Source of the DNA: an uncultured Chlamydiae bacterium
GTDB lineage: Bacteria > Chlamydiota > Chlamydiia > Chlamydiales > JAJFMA01
Length of the DNA: 64,000 nt
NCBI GenBank assembly: GCA_963713615.1
Contig: CAVQMM010000001.1
Location: 1,024,001-1,088,000 of the forward strand
Direction of reading: 5' to 3'
Shown here in pieces: positions 33,797 through 44,569 of this stretch. The number at the start of each line of letters is the position of its first letter. Position 1 is the stretch's first letter. The notes under the pieces are model-generated. The model did not search any database and was not told the DNA's origin. It saw only the letters and a list, made by a program, of their open reading frames with translations. Made by a program: the position numbers and the translations under genes.

Positions 33797-35429
33797 AGAT
33801 GACTCTAAAACGTTTACATACCAAATGCGGCTTAATCTGGATAAGTCTTCTGCAAGCATTTTGGATGCTTGCGCGCAACTGTTTTCCAAGCTTGAACGTA
33901 AATTGTTTGCAGATGTCTGCAAAGGGAAGACTCCTGGTGAGCTTAAAGCAAGATACATTCGGGAATATGAAATTACCGCCCGTCATTTCAATGCTCTTCG
34001 TGTTCAGATCGAGGGGAAAGTGAGATCGATACGAGAGAGACGGCCGGGGCTGATTGCTGAAATCCGGGATAAAATAGCGTCGGCTCAGAAGGTCATTGCA
34101 CGTTTGGAAGAGAGAAAACTTAATTCCGAGAAGCTCCATCAAAAGAAGCGACGCTTGGGGAATCTGAAACGTGGTCTTGAGAAACTCCAAGCGGATCAAG
34201 CGACGGGAAAAGTGTCCCTATGCTTCGGATCGAAGCGTCTATTTCGAGCTCAGTTCGCCTTGCATGAAAATGGCTATCAAAGTCACGAGGAATGGCTTGC
34301 AGAGTGGCGCCAGTCGCGGAGCAACAGCTTTTTTCTTCTCGGATCCAAAGACGAATCCAGTGGAAACCAATCCTGTACGGCTACGCTCACAGAAGAGGGC
34401 AGTCTAAGGTTACGACTCCGCCTTCCATCCGCGCTGGCAGGGCAAGAAAAGTACTTATGGCTTCCCCCGATTCGTTTTAAATACGGCCATGACAACATTG
34501 TGGAGGCTTTAAGATCCTGCGAGGAAAGAAAGCGACTACAGGCATCAAAAAGTCCTGAAGCGAGCCATTGTGGAGTGGCTCTCAGCTATCGATTCGTACG
34601 CGACGAAAAAGGATGGCGCGTGTTTATCAGCATGCCCGTTCAGAAACCCCAGACAGTCACTTCACAGCATCAGGGAGTCATCGGCGTCGACATCAATGCG
34701 AATCATCTAGCCATCACAGAAACAGATCGCTTTGGCAACCCTATCGCCAAGAAGTCGCTTCCACTAAACACCTATGGAAAAAGTCGAAACCAAATCCAAG
34801 CTATCGTTGGCGATGCCTGTGCTAACCTTGTGGAAGCTGCGAGAAGTACCGGCAAGCCCCTAGTTATCGAACAACTCGACTTTCAAAAAAAGAAAGCAGA
34901 GCTAAAAGACCACGCAAGTCCCAAACTGGCACGAATGCTCTCAGGCCTAGCCTATAGTACCATCATAAGCGGCCTGAACTCACGAGCTTGGAGATTGGGC
35001 GTAGAGGTCATGGAAGTGAATCCAGCCTATACTTCAATCATAGGACGCGTCAAATTTGCAAAAAGATATGGATTGTCAGTCCATCATGCGGCCGCACTGG
35101 TCATAGGCCGCCGATCCCTTAGAGCCTCCGAAAGAGTTCCTCGCGATCTGGACTCAATACCAGATGGCAAAGGAAGCCATGTCGCTTTGTCCCTACCCGA
35201 GAGGAATCGGGATAAACACGTATGGCATACCTGGGGAATCGTCAATAGAAGGTTTAAAACCGTGCATGCAGCACACTTCCGGGCGAAAAAAAATCGATCC
35301 TCATGCTCTAAGCCAGCATGCGTGATAGAGCCCATCCCGGATGTTGCCGGTGAGATTCCGGCTGGTGAATCCGTCAACACAACTGCTCGGTTGGCGTCCT
35401 TAACTAGGCCTACAACGATAAATGTGTAG
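33786..35429 (+). CDS. tnpB: TnpB-related RNA-guided nuclease-like protein, 547 aa
   Basis: RuvC-I GVDIN, RuvC-II VIEQL, VNPAYTS; downstream of IS607 tnpA. Confidence 0.88.
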   Translation: MPSKDDSKTFTYQMRLNLDKSSASILDACAQLFSKLERKLFADVCKGKTPGELKARYIREYEITARHFNALRVQIEGKVRSIRERRPGLIAEIRDKIASAQKVIARLEERKLNSEKLHQKKRRLGNLKRGLEKLQADQATGKVSLCFGSKRLFRAQFALHENGYQSHEEWLAEWRQSRSNSFFLLGSKDESSGNQSCTATLTEEGSLRLRLRLPSALAGQEKYLWLPPIRFKYGHDNIVEALRSCEERKRLQASKSPEASHCGVALSYRFVRDEKGWRVFISMPVQKPQTVTSQHQGVIGVDINANHLAITETDRFGNPIAKKSLPLNTYGKSRNQIQAIVGDACANLVEAARSTGKPLVIEQLDFQKKKAELKDHASPKLARMLSGLAYSTIISGLNSRAWRLGVEVMEVNPAYTSIIGRVKFAKRYGLSVHHAAALVIGRRSLRASERVPRDLDSIPDGKGSHVALSLPERNRDKHVWHTWGIVNRRFKTVHAAHFRAKKNRSSCSKPACVIEPIPDVAGEIPAGESVNTTARLASLTRPTTINV

Positions 35430-35504
35430 ATTTGTTAAGGTTTTTAGGAGCGGTGTTTAGTTCTTGGGAAGAACCATAAACAGCCTCTTACATTACATGC
35501 GAGA

Positions 35505-36365
35505 ATGGACATAAATGGACAAAATGAAGAGTATGGACCTATGCAGGATCTGTCATCGCCAATACAAGCCTCTGAGCTAGCTGTCGAAGTGATTGATCTT
35601 AGTCACCGCTATGGTTCCTATCTAGCCGTCGACAAAATTTCCTTTAGCATCCCGACAGGCACAACCTTTGGTCTCATTGGGCCTAATGGGGCCGGCAAAA
35701 GCACAACAATCAAAATGTTGACGACACTGCTACCGGTTACCTCAGGCAATGCCTATATCAAGGGAAATAGCCTGGTCGACGATCCCTGCAAAATACGTCA
35801 GTGTATTGGCTATGTCCCTCAGCTTATTTCGGCCGACGGCGACCTAACGGCTTATGAGAACCTCTTGCTACTCGCCAAGCTCTATGGCCTTTCAAAAGCT
35901 GATCGTGAAAGGCGCATTTCGGAAGCTCTAAAGTTTATGGATCTCAGCGCAGTGGCAGACAAACTGGTCAGTAGCTTCTCGGGAGGAATGATCCGACGGC
36001 TCGAAGTAGCCCAAGCTCTTGTTCATGATCCAAGTGTTCTCTTTCTTGATGAACCCACCGTAGGGTTAGATCCTGCCGCTCGCAAGTCTCTCTGGAGCTA
36101 TATTCAGGAATTACGCAAGAAGTCTGGCATGACCATATTGATGACGACTCATGACATGGATGAGGCGGATAGACTTTGCGACATCGTCGCCCTAGTGCAC
36201 CTAGGAAGTATCGTTGTCATGGATACACCTCACAATCTTAAGGCTGCCTTGGGGCCAAAAGCTACTCTCGACGATGTTTTTATTCTACATACTGGCAATT
36301 CTTTAAAAGAAACCGGAGACTATCAGCATGTCCAACAAACCCGAGCGACGATTTCCCATCTTTAG
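35505..36365 (+). CDS. ABC exporter ATP-binding protein (DrrA-like)
   Basis: GPNGAGKST, FSGGM, LFLDEPT. Confidence 0.93.
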   Translation: MDINGQNEEYGPMQDLSSPIQASELAVEVIDLSHRYGSYLAVDKISFSIPTGTTFGLIGPNGAGKSTTIKMLTTLLPVTSGNAYIKGNSLVDDPCKIRQCIGYVPQLISADGDLTAYENLLLLAKLYGLSKADRERRISEALKFMDLSAVADKLVSSFSGGMIRRLEVAQALVHDPSVLFLDEPTVGLDPAARKSLWSYIQELRKKSGMTILMTTHDMDEADRLCDIVALVHLGSIVVMDTPHNLKAALGPKATLDDVFILHTGNSLKETGDYQHVQQTRATISHL

Positions 36366-37140
36366 TATAGCCAGGCTATGGATAGAACAGATAGCTGCGA
36401 TTGTGGAAACGGATCTTCGTAAACTACGCCATGACCCCTATGAGCTATTCACGCGCATGATTCAGCCAGCCATCTGGCTGCTAATCTTTGGACAGGCAAT
36501 GGCAAAAACGAGAGTTCTACCCACAGGCTCACTGCCTTATCTTGACTACCTTGCGCCCGGGATTCTCGCTCAAAGCATCCTATTTATCGCGATTTTTTAT
36601 GGCATTTCGCTGATCTGGGAACGCGATATGGGAATTTTGCAAAAGATCCTAGTAACACCCGCTCCACGGAGTATTTTGGTTATTGGAAGAGCCATTTCCG
36701 CAGGCCTTAGGGGCATGTCTCAGATTTTCATCATCTATTTTCTTTCGATAATTCTAGGAGTGCACTTGCGCTGGGAATTTCTCGCTTTTCTGGGGGTTCT
36801 AGCCACGGTATTGATAGGCGGCGCTGTTTTTTCAACTTTTTCATTGATTATTGCATCCGTGGTAAAAAAGCGCGAACGCTTCATGGGCATTGGTCAGGTA
36901 TTAACGATGCCGCTCTTTTTCGCGAGTAATGCCCTCTATCCTATTGAGATGATGCCTGGTTGGTTGCAGACGCTCTCAGCCATTAATCCACTAACCTATC
37001 AGGTGGATGCCTTGCGAAGTTTTATGGTGACAGACGCAGTGTCCTATTTTGGTTTATTTGTCGACTTTGCCGTTGGCATCGTCACTTTCGCCATTTTGGT
37101 CGTTATTGCCACCAGAACCTATCCTAAGATTCTGTATTAG
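36328..37140 (+). CDS. ABC-2 permease (DrrB-like)
   Basis: Multi-TM; YLAPG, WERDMG, NPLTY. Confidence 0.9.
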   Translation: MSNKPERRFPIFSIARLWIEQIAAIVETDLRKLRHDPYELFTRMIQPAIWLLIFGQAMAKTRVLPTGSLPYLDYLAPGILAQSILFIAIFYGISLIWERDMGILQKILVTPAPRSILVIGRAISAGLRGMSQIFIIYFLSIILGVHLRWEFLAFLGVLATVLIGGAVFSTFSLIIASVVKKRERFMGIGQVLTMPLFFASNALYPIEMMPGWLQTLSAINPLTYQVDALRSFMVTDAVSYFGLFVDFAVGIVTFAILVVIATRTYPKILY

Positions 37141-37171
37141 TCCTTCAAGCCTAAGGTAGCCATCATCTTGT

Positions 37172-39343
37172 CTAGACCGCAATGACCGCATTACACACAT
37201 CATCGACTTTTACACCTAAAACGTCTTCGACATTCTTAGGACGTAGATAATCGATATTTATCGGAATGCAAATCTTATCATTTTCGGTATGCACAGTCGA
37301 CAAGTCAATAGTGCGTTGCGCATCACCCGCATGGATTTTGGTTATGTCATAGGCCTTATTTAAATCAGCAACAAGTGCCTGATTAGCCTCTGTATTATCT
37401 ATCATGTAGAACTGACCATCGTCACTCGTGACTTTTGGTTGCATCACAGCCTGCAAGCGATAAACAGGCCCCTGAACGTCTCGAAGTGGAGCCGTTAAAA
37501 ACTCTAATAAATTGGCCTTGCGTTGTGCCATAACGCCCATTGTGAGTGGCTGAGGTATGCCTTCATTGCCTTGCACCTCCAAGCTTCGAATTGCCTCGTG
37601 ACGTGGAATATTAAAATTGAATGCTTCAACTGGACGGCTACTCGGGTTTAGAGCATCCAGATGTGGGTTCGAATACACGGCCTCTAGTGATTGCTCCATA
37701 TCCCTTTTAAACAGGCTCATAAAGGCCTTATGAACGATCTGATTATCCTCAAGACCGGTCTCAGGCTTTGCAAGGCTCTGTAGAGCCGCCTGGACATCTT
37801 TTACCAAGGGGAGTTCTGGATCGGCGTTATCTATCGAGGTTCCCAGTGTGGATTGCACAAGCTCGTTTAACGCATCTCTATAAGTCGTTTTGTCCTGAGC
37901 TCCCATACTATACAGTGCAGAATACTCTTTGCCCGAAGGTGGTAGAATACCCGGAAGAGGTTTATTAGCCTTATTTTGAACAGGAGTTGTGGTAGCCAGA
38001 CTATCAGCTGTACCGTCACTGAAGGTTTCTAGCAGCGCACCCTTAGGTACCTGCTTAGTAAAAACATGTGTCTTTTGACGGACCTCACTCAAGTACTCAT
38101 CGTGATTGTCATCTTTTGCAAAGCGCAGGGTGGGGGGTTGGGAACGAATTGAAGGTTCGAGAGCTTGCGGATTGAGAAGCTCTACGGAGGGGTGACCGTC
38201 AGCATCTATTGTCGTCGAGGTCGCGCAGCAATCTCCTATTGAGCCTCCAATGACAAGGCTATGGTCCTCTCCCGGAAGGTCTATTTTAACAAACGCCACA
38301 GCGGTCGTTGCGCCTTTGATGTCTTGACCATTCAACTCCGCACTGATTTCTCTCTGTACCTCTACGAAAATTTCTTTGACATATCCCTCTAATTCCTCTG
38401 ATTTTCCCTGTGTATACAAATCACGTAGTACGTCTGAATGATCGGCTAATTTTTGATTCAGCTTTGCCGTAGCTAACCTAGCAAGCACTTCAGAGTCTTT
38501 GTTACTGGATACCCCATCGGAGGCGCAGACGGCCACTCCACCGTCGAAAGCATGAATAGCGGCACGGTCTTGGCAGTATTTTTTACCCTTGTTTGTATAA
38601 TCACTGTCATCACTGGATTTAGTGCACCCTAAATCTACCGCCCCAATCTCGCTGGTTTGTACGCGCCCCTCGGATGAGAGGAATGTCTCTTTGTCGTATA
38701 CACCACCGATTTCTCCCGTCACTTGCTTAGTGGGTACATCCGCAAGAGGCACAATTTTGGGTTCTTTTACCACTTCTGGAGAAGCCGCTTTGATCACGGA
38801 TGAGGGCCTGCCACCCTGGGCTTCGTGAACAGATGCCTGGAATTTTTCGAGCGCCTGATTGCGTTTTTGACCACATTCTTCCAGTTTACCCTTATAGTCA
38901 GGCACTTTGGCCTGTAGCTTATCAGCAAGTGTTGGATCGTCCTTGAGGGCTTGTGCTAAAGATGCAAAATCGCCCTTACTCACATCACGCCTGATGTTGG
39001 ACCATTGCTCATGGTGGCCCATATCTTTTAAGGTTCCACCCTCTTCCTTGAATTGGTCCTTACAAAAATCTTTAACTTGATGCTTAAAATTTGCCACTCC
39101 TGGATCCTTTTGCCACTTCTTGTTGGATGGATCACGCACAAAGCCCGCCTCAACATTGTTATTTTTTACAGCGTAGGCCACGGCACGATCATGCTGCTTC
39201 TCGGCGGAAGGAGGTTTGAAAAAAGAGAAAATTCTTCCAATGGCAGAGGATATTCGGCCGCCGACGTTTCCAGCAGCCTCAAAAAAAGATCCTACACGTG
39301 AGCTCGACACCTTAGTATCCGACAGGGTAGCGGGGGAATGAAG
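37172..39343 (-). pseudogene. PP2C-like phosphatase-domain protein, N-terminus cut by an IS
   Basis: CQDR, ASDGVS, GATTA, SIGDC, FSDGT and C-terminal DD motifs. Confidence 0.6.
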
Positions 39344-40974
39344 AGCCTTGTTCGACTTTTCGCACACTCTGAGGCCTAGGCGGCGTCGGCCTTTTTCATC
39401 TCAGTGCTCTTACGTACTAGCTGTGGCTTTCCTGGAATCCGGACGTTTAAGGTCAAATACTCGAACAGATCGCTATGGCCCTGCTCAAAAAAACGCTCGG
39501 CTGCTGTGCTACCATCAACTCGTCGACGGTGATAGTTATGCACCACTGTAAGTGCCTTCAATCTGTCGGTGCTCGAGCGATGGCAACGATGATGTAGCAG
39601 TGATAGCATGCCGTTTCGCCCCTCTACGCATGAGCTAGACCGTTGAAATAGCTCTGCTAAGTTACTCGCCTCTTTTATCCAGCTCTGGTTCAGAGCTTCG
39701 GCCCAAGGTCCTTCTCTAATCTTTATTTCGAGGCTGTCTATCAGCGCTTTCAGCTTCTTCTTTCCCTCCTTACTTTGTCGCTTCAGGATCATTCTTAGGT
39801 AGGCGAATGGAAAAACGACATCTAAGAAAAAACGACTCTGATCTTCTGGTAGCTGCAATCCATCTACGTATAGTCCAAGCATTAGAAGGTATGACGTCAG
39901 TAGGCTGACCATTGCATCAAAGGCTCTTTCTTGAGATGACAGCGGAGCTGCCGTGGCTTTAGTTAGCTCGTGCTGACCATGAAAAAGATCTGGTGAATGC
40001 TGAGCGCTGATGTCCTTTGTGTAGGACGTTAGTGCCCCGCACAAATCACTTACCACCTGCCCAACTTCGATGCCCAACTTCGATGGGCAGTTCACTAAGT
40101 CTAGAGGTAACTTCGTGCTTCCAAGTCTCTGCCTTTCTATCCTCTGTAAATTTCTCCAGCAGAATGAAATTTGAAACCACCTCAATGGCAACCAGACAGG
40201 GACGACGTCCTCTAAACATTTCATCCAATGCGGCTGTGATCTTTCTGCTCCTCATTTCTTTGGCTAACCGTTTTTCTTCACATGCGCCAAAGGTGATGAT
40301 GCTCTGTTCAATGCGCTTGGAATAATCATGTAGAGCCCCATTTGATGAGGCTACATACCTATCAAGACCGGAATGATGCAGATACTCTTGAAGGCCGCGT
40401 ACTCCGCTAGAGCCGTATGCAATAACCAGTACTGCTGCTGTGACCAATCTTTGAAGGTGCTCAGCCCCCGATGGGGTTTGAAAAAATTCACCCAATGGAT
40501 CTAAAAGAGCTTTTGAGGAACTTCGTTGCGCTCGCCAAGAATGCATAGTCGAATTGGGGACCTCTAAAATGGCCGAAATTTCTCTAGTTGACCTTACAGT
40601 ATATTGTAGATTGGCAAGGGCGTCGAAGGCCACAACCTTCCTAGAGATAACGGAAAGAGGTCGATGAGTTTTACGGCATTTGGAAGTTGCCTTTTCAGAT
40701 GAAATCGAAGATACTGTGTTCATAGAGTCAATTGTTAAGTCTAAGTCGTCGAAAGCTAAGACTTTAAGCAGTTGGCTCTATTTTTTCTAATAATCTATTG
40801 CGTTACGGCACTTTTTCTTGAATCACTTTGTCACTATGCGACAGGGCAATTACTCTATGTTTCAAAACCTGCACACCACGTTCTTAAGGGTTTTCATCGA
40901 GCTTGCACTGACCTAAAAGTGCAGAAAGTTCTCATTCCATGTGCGAAAATTTCCCTAGGAAGTCGAACAAGGCC
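39344..40974 (-). mobile_element. GGCCTT-family deletion derivative A; transposase frameshifted by a 13-bp duplication
   Basis: Reverse complement of 50398-52015; tgcccaacttcga twice at 40058-40083. Confidence 0.9.
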
Positions 40975-41041
40975 TGATTTTCTCCATTTTCTACTGTAAA
41001 ATTTTAGGAATTGCCAACCGCTCCTAAAAACCTTAACAAAT

Positions 41042-42685
41042 CTACACATTTATCGTTGTAGGCCTAGTTAAGGACGCCAACCGAGCAGTTGTGTTGACGG
41101 ATTCACCAGCCGGAATCTCACCGGCAACATCCGGGATGGGCTCTATCACGCATGCTGGCTTAGAGCATGAGGATCGATTTTTTTTCGCCCGGAAGTGTGC
41201 TGCATGCACGGTTTTAAACCTTCTATTGACGATTCCCCAGGTATGCCATACGTGTTTATCCCGATTCCTCTCGGGTAGGGACAAAGCGACATGGCTTCCT
41301 TTGCCATCTGGTATTGAGTCCAGATCGCGAGGAACTCTTTCGGAGGCTCTAAGGGATCGGCGGCCTATGACCAGTGCGGCCGCATGATGGACTGACAATC
41401 CATATCTTTTTGCAAATTTGACGCGTCCTATGATTGAAGTATAGGCTGGATTCACTTCCATGACCTCTACGCCCAATCTCCAAGCTCGTGAGTTCAGGCC
41501 GCTTATGATGGTACTATAGGCTAGGCCTGAGAGCATTCGTGCCAGTTTGGGACTTGCGTGGTCTTTTAGCTCTGCTTTCTTTTTTTGAAAGTCGAGTTGT
41601 TCGATAACTAGGGGCTTGCCGGTACTTCTCGCAGCTTCCACAAGGTTAGCACAGGCATCGCCAACGATAGCTTGGATTTGGTTTCGACTTTTTCCATAGG
41701 TGTTTAGTGGAAGCGACTTCTTGGCGATAGGGTTGCCAAAGCGATCTGTTTCTGTGATGGCTAGATGATTCGCATTGATGTCGACGCCGATGACTCCCTG
41801 ATGCTGTGAAGTGACTGTCTGGGGTTTCTGAACGGGCATGCTGATAAACACGCGCCATCCTTTTTCGTCGCGTACGAATCGATAGCTGAGAGCCACTCCA
41901 CAATGGCTCGCTTCAGGACTTTTTGATGCCTGTAGTCGCTTTCTTTCCTCGCAGGATCTTAAAGCCTCCACAATGTTGTCATGGCCGTATTTAAAACGAA
42001 TCGGGGGAAGCCATAAGTACTTTTCTTGCCCTGCCAGCGCGGATGGAAGGCGGAGTCGTAACCTTAGACTGCCCTCTTCTGTGAGCGTAGCCGTACAGGA
42101 TTGGTTTCCACTGGATTCGTCTTTGGATCCGAGAAGAAAAAAGCTGTTGCTCCGCGACTGGCGCCACTCTGCAAGCCATTCCTCGTGACTTTGATAGCCA
42201 TTTTCATGCAAGGCGAACTGAGCTCGAAATAGACGCTTCGATCCGAAGCATAGGGACACTTTTCCCGTCGCTTGATCCGCTTGGAGTTTCTCAAGACCAC
42301 GTTTCAGATTCCCCAAGCGTCGCTTCTTTTGATGGAGCTTCTCGGAATTAAGTTTTCTCTCTTCCAAACGTGCAATGACCTTCTGAGCCGACGCTATTTT
42401 ATCCCGGATTTCAGCAATCAGCCCCGGCCGTCTCTCTCGTATCGATCTCACTTTCCCCTCGATCTGAACACGAAGAGCATTGAAATGACGGGCGGTAATT
42501 TCATATTCCCGAATGTATCTTGCTTTAAGCTCACCAGGAGTCTTCCCTTTGCAGACATCTGCAAACAATTTACGTTCAAGCTTGGAAAACAGTTGCGCGC
42601 AAGCATCCAAAATGCTTGCAGAAGACTTATCCAGATTAAGCCGCATTTGGTATGTAAACGTTTTAGAGTCATCTTTAGACGGCAT
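41042..42685 (-). CDS. tnpB: TnpB-related protein, 547 aa
   Basis: Identical protein to 33786-35429. Confidence 0.88.
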   Translation of the reverse strand: MPSKDDSKTFTYQMRLNLDKSSASILDACAQLFSKLERKLFADVCKGKTPGELKARYIREYEITARHFNALRVQIEGKVRSIRERRPGLIAEIRDKIASAQKVIARLEERKLNSEKLHQKKRRLGNLKRGLEKLQADQATGKVSLCFGSKRLFRAQFALHENGYQSHEEWLAEWRQSRSNSFFLLGSKDESSGNQSCTATLTEEGSLRLRLRLPSALAGQEKYLWLPPIRFKYGHDNIVEALRSCEERKRLQASKSPEASHCGVALSYRFVRDEKGWRVFISMPVQKPQTVTSQHQGVIGVDINANHLAITETDRFGNPIAKKSLPLNTYGKSRNQIQAIVGDACANLVEAARSTGKPLVIEQLDFQKKKAELKDHASPKLARMLSGLAYSTIISGLNSRAWRLGVEVMEVNPAYTSIIGRVKFAKRYGLSVHHAAALVIGRRSLRASERVPRDLDSIPDGKGSHVALSLPERNRDKHVWHTWGIVNRRFKTVHAAHFRAKKNRSSCSKPACVIEPIPDVAGEIPAGESVNTTARLASLTRPTTINV

Positions 42686-43295
42686 TAGCAGCCTTACTAA
42701 GTGCCTTAAGCAGCTTCTGATTTTTACGGCTTCTTGCGCCGTAAAGTCTTGCCGAAAACAGGGTGATGATTTCTAGCACGTCCTGGACGAGATCATCCTC
42801 GAAAGTCGTGTCTTCTTTAGCATTGATGATTACAATCTCCGTACCAAAGCTCTCACAAAGAGAAAAGATCAGTTCGGCCCCAAACCGCATCAGGCGATCT
42901 TTGTGTGTGATCACTAAACGGCCAACGATGCCAGAGCATATCGCTTTAATGAGCTTTTTTAAACCCTTCTTTTGATAATTCAATCCCGAGCCGAGATCCT
43001 CAATGACTTCATGGGTCCATCCATGAGCTGCACAAAAAGACTCTAACACCGCTTTTTGACAAACGAGGTCTTTTTTTTGATCATGACTCGAAACCCGCGC
43101 GTAACAGAGCGTCAAACCGTTAGAAACCTTAGAGGAGGTGGCTTTAGGACTAAATCCTTTTAGGCTAGACAATAGATAACGTCGGTGTCCCTTGGGTGTA
43201 CGCTCAACCTGGATTTTGCCAGCAGCCTCCCAACGACGGAGTGTAGCCTCGTGTACGCCAAGTTCCTGAGCTGCTTTCTTGATACTCACCTTCAT
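42675..43295 (-). CDS. tnpA: IS607 transposase
   Basis: Identical protein to the other copies. Confidence 0.95.
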   Translation of the reverse strand: MKVSIKKAAQELGVHEATLRRWEAAGKIQVERTPKGHRRYLLSSLKGFSPKATSSKVSNGLTLCYARVSSHDQKKDLVCQKAVLESFCAAHGWTHEVIEDLGSGLNYQKKGLKKLIKAICSGIVGRLVITHKDRLMRFGAELIFSLCESFGTEIVIINAKEDTTFEDDLVQDVLEIITLFSARLYGARSRKNQKLLKALSKAANAV

Positions 43296-43630
43296 GCGCT
43301 AAAATCTATGCAATTTGCATAGAGTTGTCAAGAAATATATAGATTTTTGGCAGCTGCTGCCAACCCTATTTTAAGCAACGAGCATGTTTGTTTTGATTGG
43401 CTGGATCCAAAAGAAGCCGCGCTGAAGCTGAGCGCTCAATATCCATCCGAATTTCTTGCAAATCTAGCTTTACTAAACAGGATGATGGATTGTGGCTGAT
43501 ACTTTTTCTCCGGATAAAAGAAACTGGGTCATATCGAGGATTCGATCCGGCAATACATCGCCTGAGAAAATTGTGCGCTCTTATCTTCATGCTTGCGGAC
43601 ACTGTTTCCCGTCCCACCGGAAGGATCTTT

Positions 43631-43798
43631 TTGATGGCAATTTGATGGCAGTCCAGATGGTTCTTTGATGGCGAGTTGTTGGTTGCTCGATGGTTGAACA
43701 TATCGATTTTCCATAGACAAAATTGATGGTTGTTTGATGGTGGCCTGTTGGCTGCTTGAAGGTTGCTTAGCTGGCTATTTCGTGGCGGATAGATGGTT
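43631..43798. repeat. ~11-bp periodic GATGG-like array
   Basis: 13 cores at 43633, 43644, 43656, 43667, 43678, 43689, 43725, 43736, 43747, 43758, 43770, 43781, 43792. Confidence 0.7.
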
Positions 43799-43803
43799 TT
43801 GGT

Positions 43804-43829
43804 AATAGGGAAACAGCTGCTTCCCTATT
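43804..43829. repeat. 26-bp palindrome copy 1 (1 mismatch)
   Basis: aatagggaaacagctgcttccctatt. Confidence 0.8.
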
Positions 43830-43963
43830 TGAAAAATCACAAGCCACGTTCTTCCTTTCCATGAGAATGGTTCTCGTTGATTATGAGTTTCATAAGAGTT
43901 TATTGACGTTGCAATCAATCACAATTTGTAGCATTATCTCATCAAAAATAGTTTGTGTTAGTT

Positions 43964-44569
43964 ATGATTTATTATATTAATTATTTTAACGAGTTGATTA
44001 GATCGGGCTCCATCTTTTGGTTTTGCGCTCTTGCTGGTTCGGGTATGTTTCTTATTCAATTCATAATTAATATTTTCGGCGTCGGTGATCACGATAGCTT
44101 TGATACCAGCGATATTTCTTCCGATACTATTCATGATGGAGGTCAGGACTCCGCAGATGCTAAAAAAATCAAGTGGCTATCTATGCAGACTATCACTGGA
44201 TTTTTGATGATGTTTGGATGGACAGCCATCACATGCCAAAATGAATTTGGACTCCAAGACTCCATTACGATTGGAATATCCCTTACTTCAGGCATATTTG
44301 CAGCGCTGATCATTCGCTCTATTTTTAGGCTGGCAAAAAGACTTAGAAGTTCTGGAAGCATCTACAAAATTGAAGATGCGATTGGTAAAGAGGCGTATGT
44401 CTATCAACGCATCCCAAAAGGTGGTGTAGGCAAAATTTCAATGACACTGCAACATTTTACGCATGAAATTGATGCCATCTCTCACCACTCTGAAGAACTG
44501 CCTTCGTTTATGCGCGTAAAAATTATTGAAAAAAGCGACGATAATACAGTTGTCGTTACACCACTATGA
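43964..44569 (+). CDS. NfeD-like membrane protein
   Basis: Three TMs plus OB fold (AIGKEAYVYQRIP..GVGKI); precedes flotillin. Confidence 0.8.
   Translation: MIYYINYFNELIRSGSIFWFCALAGSGMFLIQFIINIFGVGDHDSFDTSDISSDTIHDGGQDSADAKKIKWLSMQTITGFLMMFGWTAITCQNEFGLQDSITIGISLTSGIFAALIIRSIFRLAKRLRSSGSIYKIEDAIGKEAYVYQRIPKGGVGKISMTLQHFTHEIDAISHHSEELPSFMRVKIIEKSDDNTVVVTPL

Larger units (their letters stand above)
33106..35454 (+). mobile_element. IS607-family element copy 2 (intact)
   Basis: Matches copy 1 apart from the intact CAG codon. Confidence 0.95.
41017..43365 (-). mobile_element. IS607-family element copy 3 (intact)
   Basis: Reverse complement of copy 2. Confidence 0.95.
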
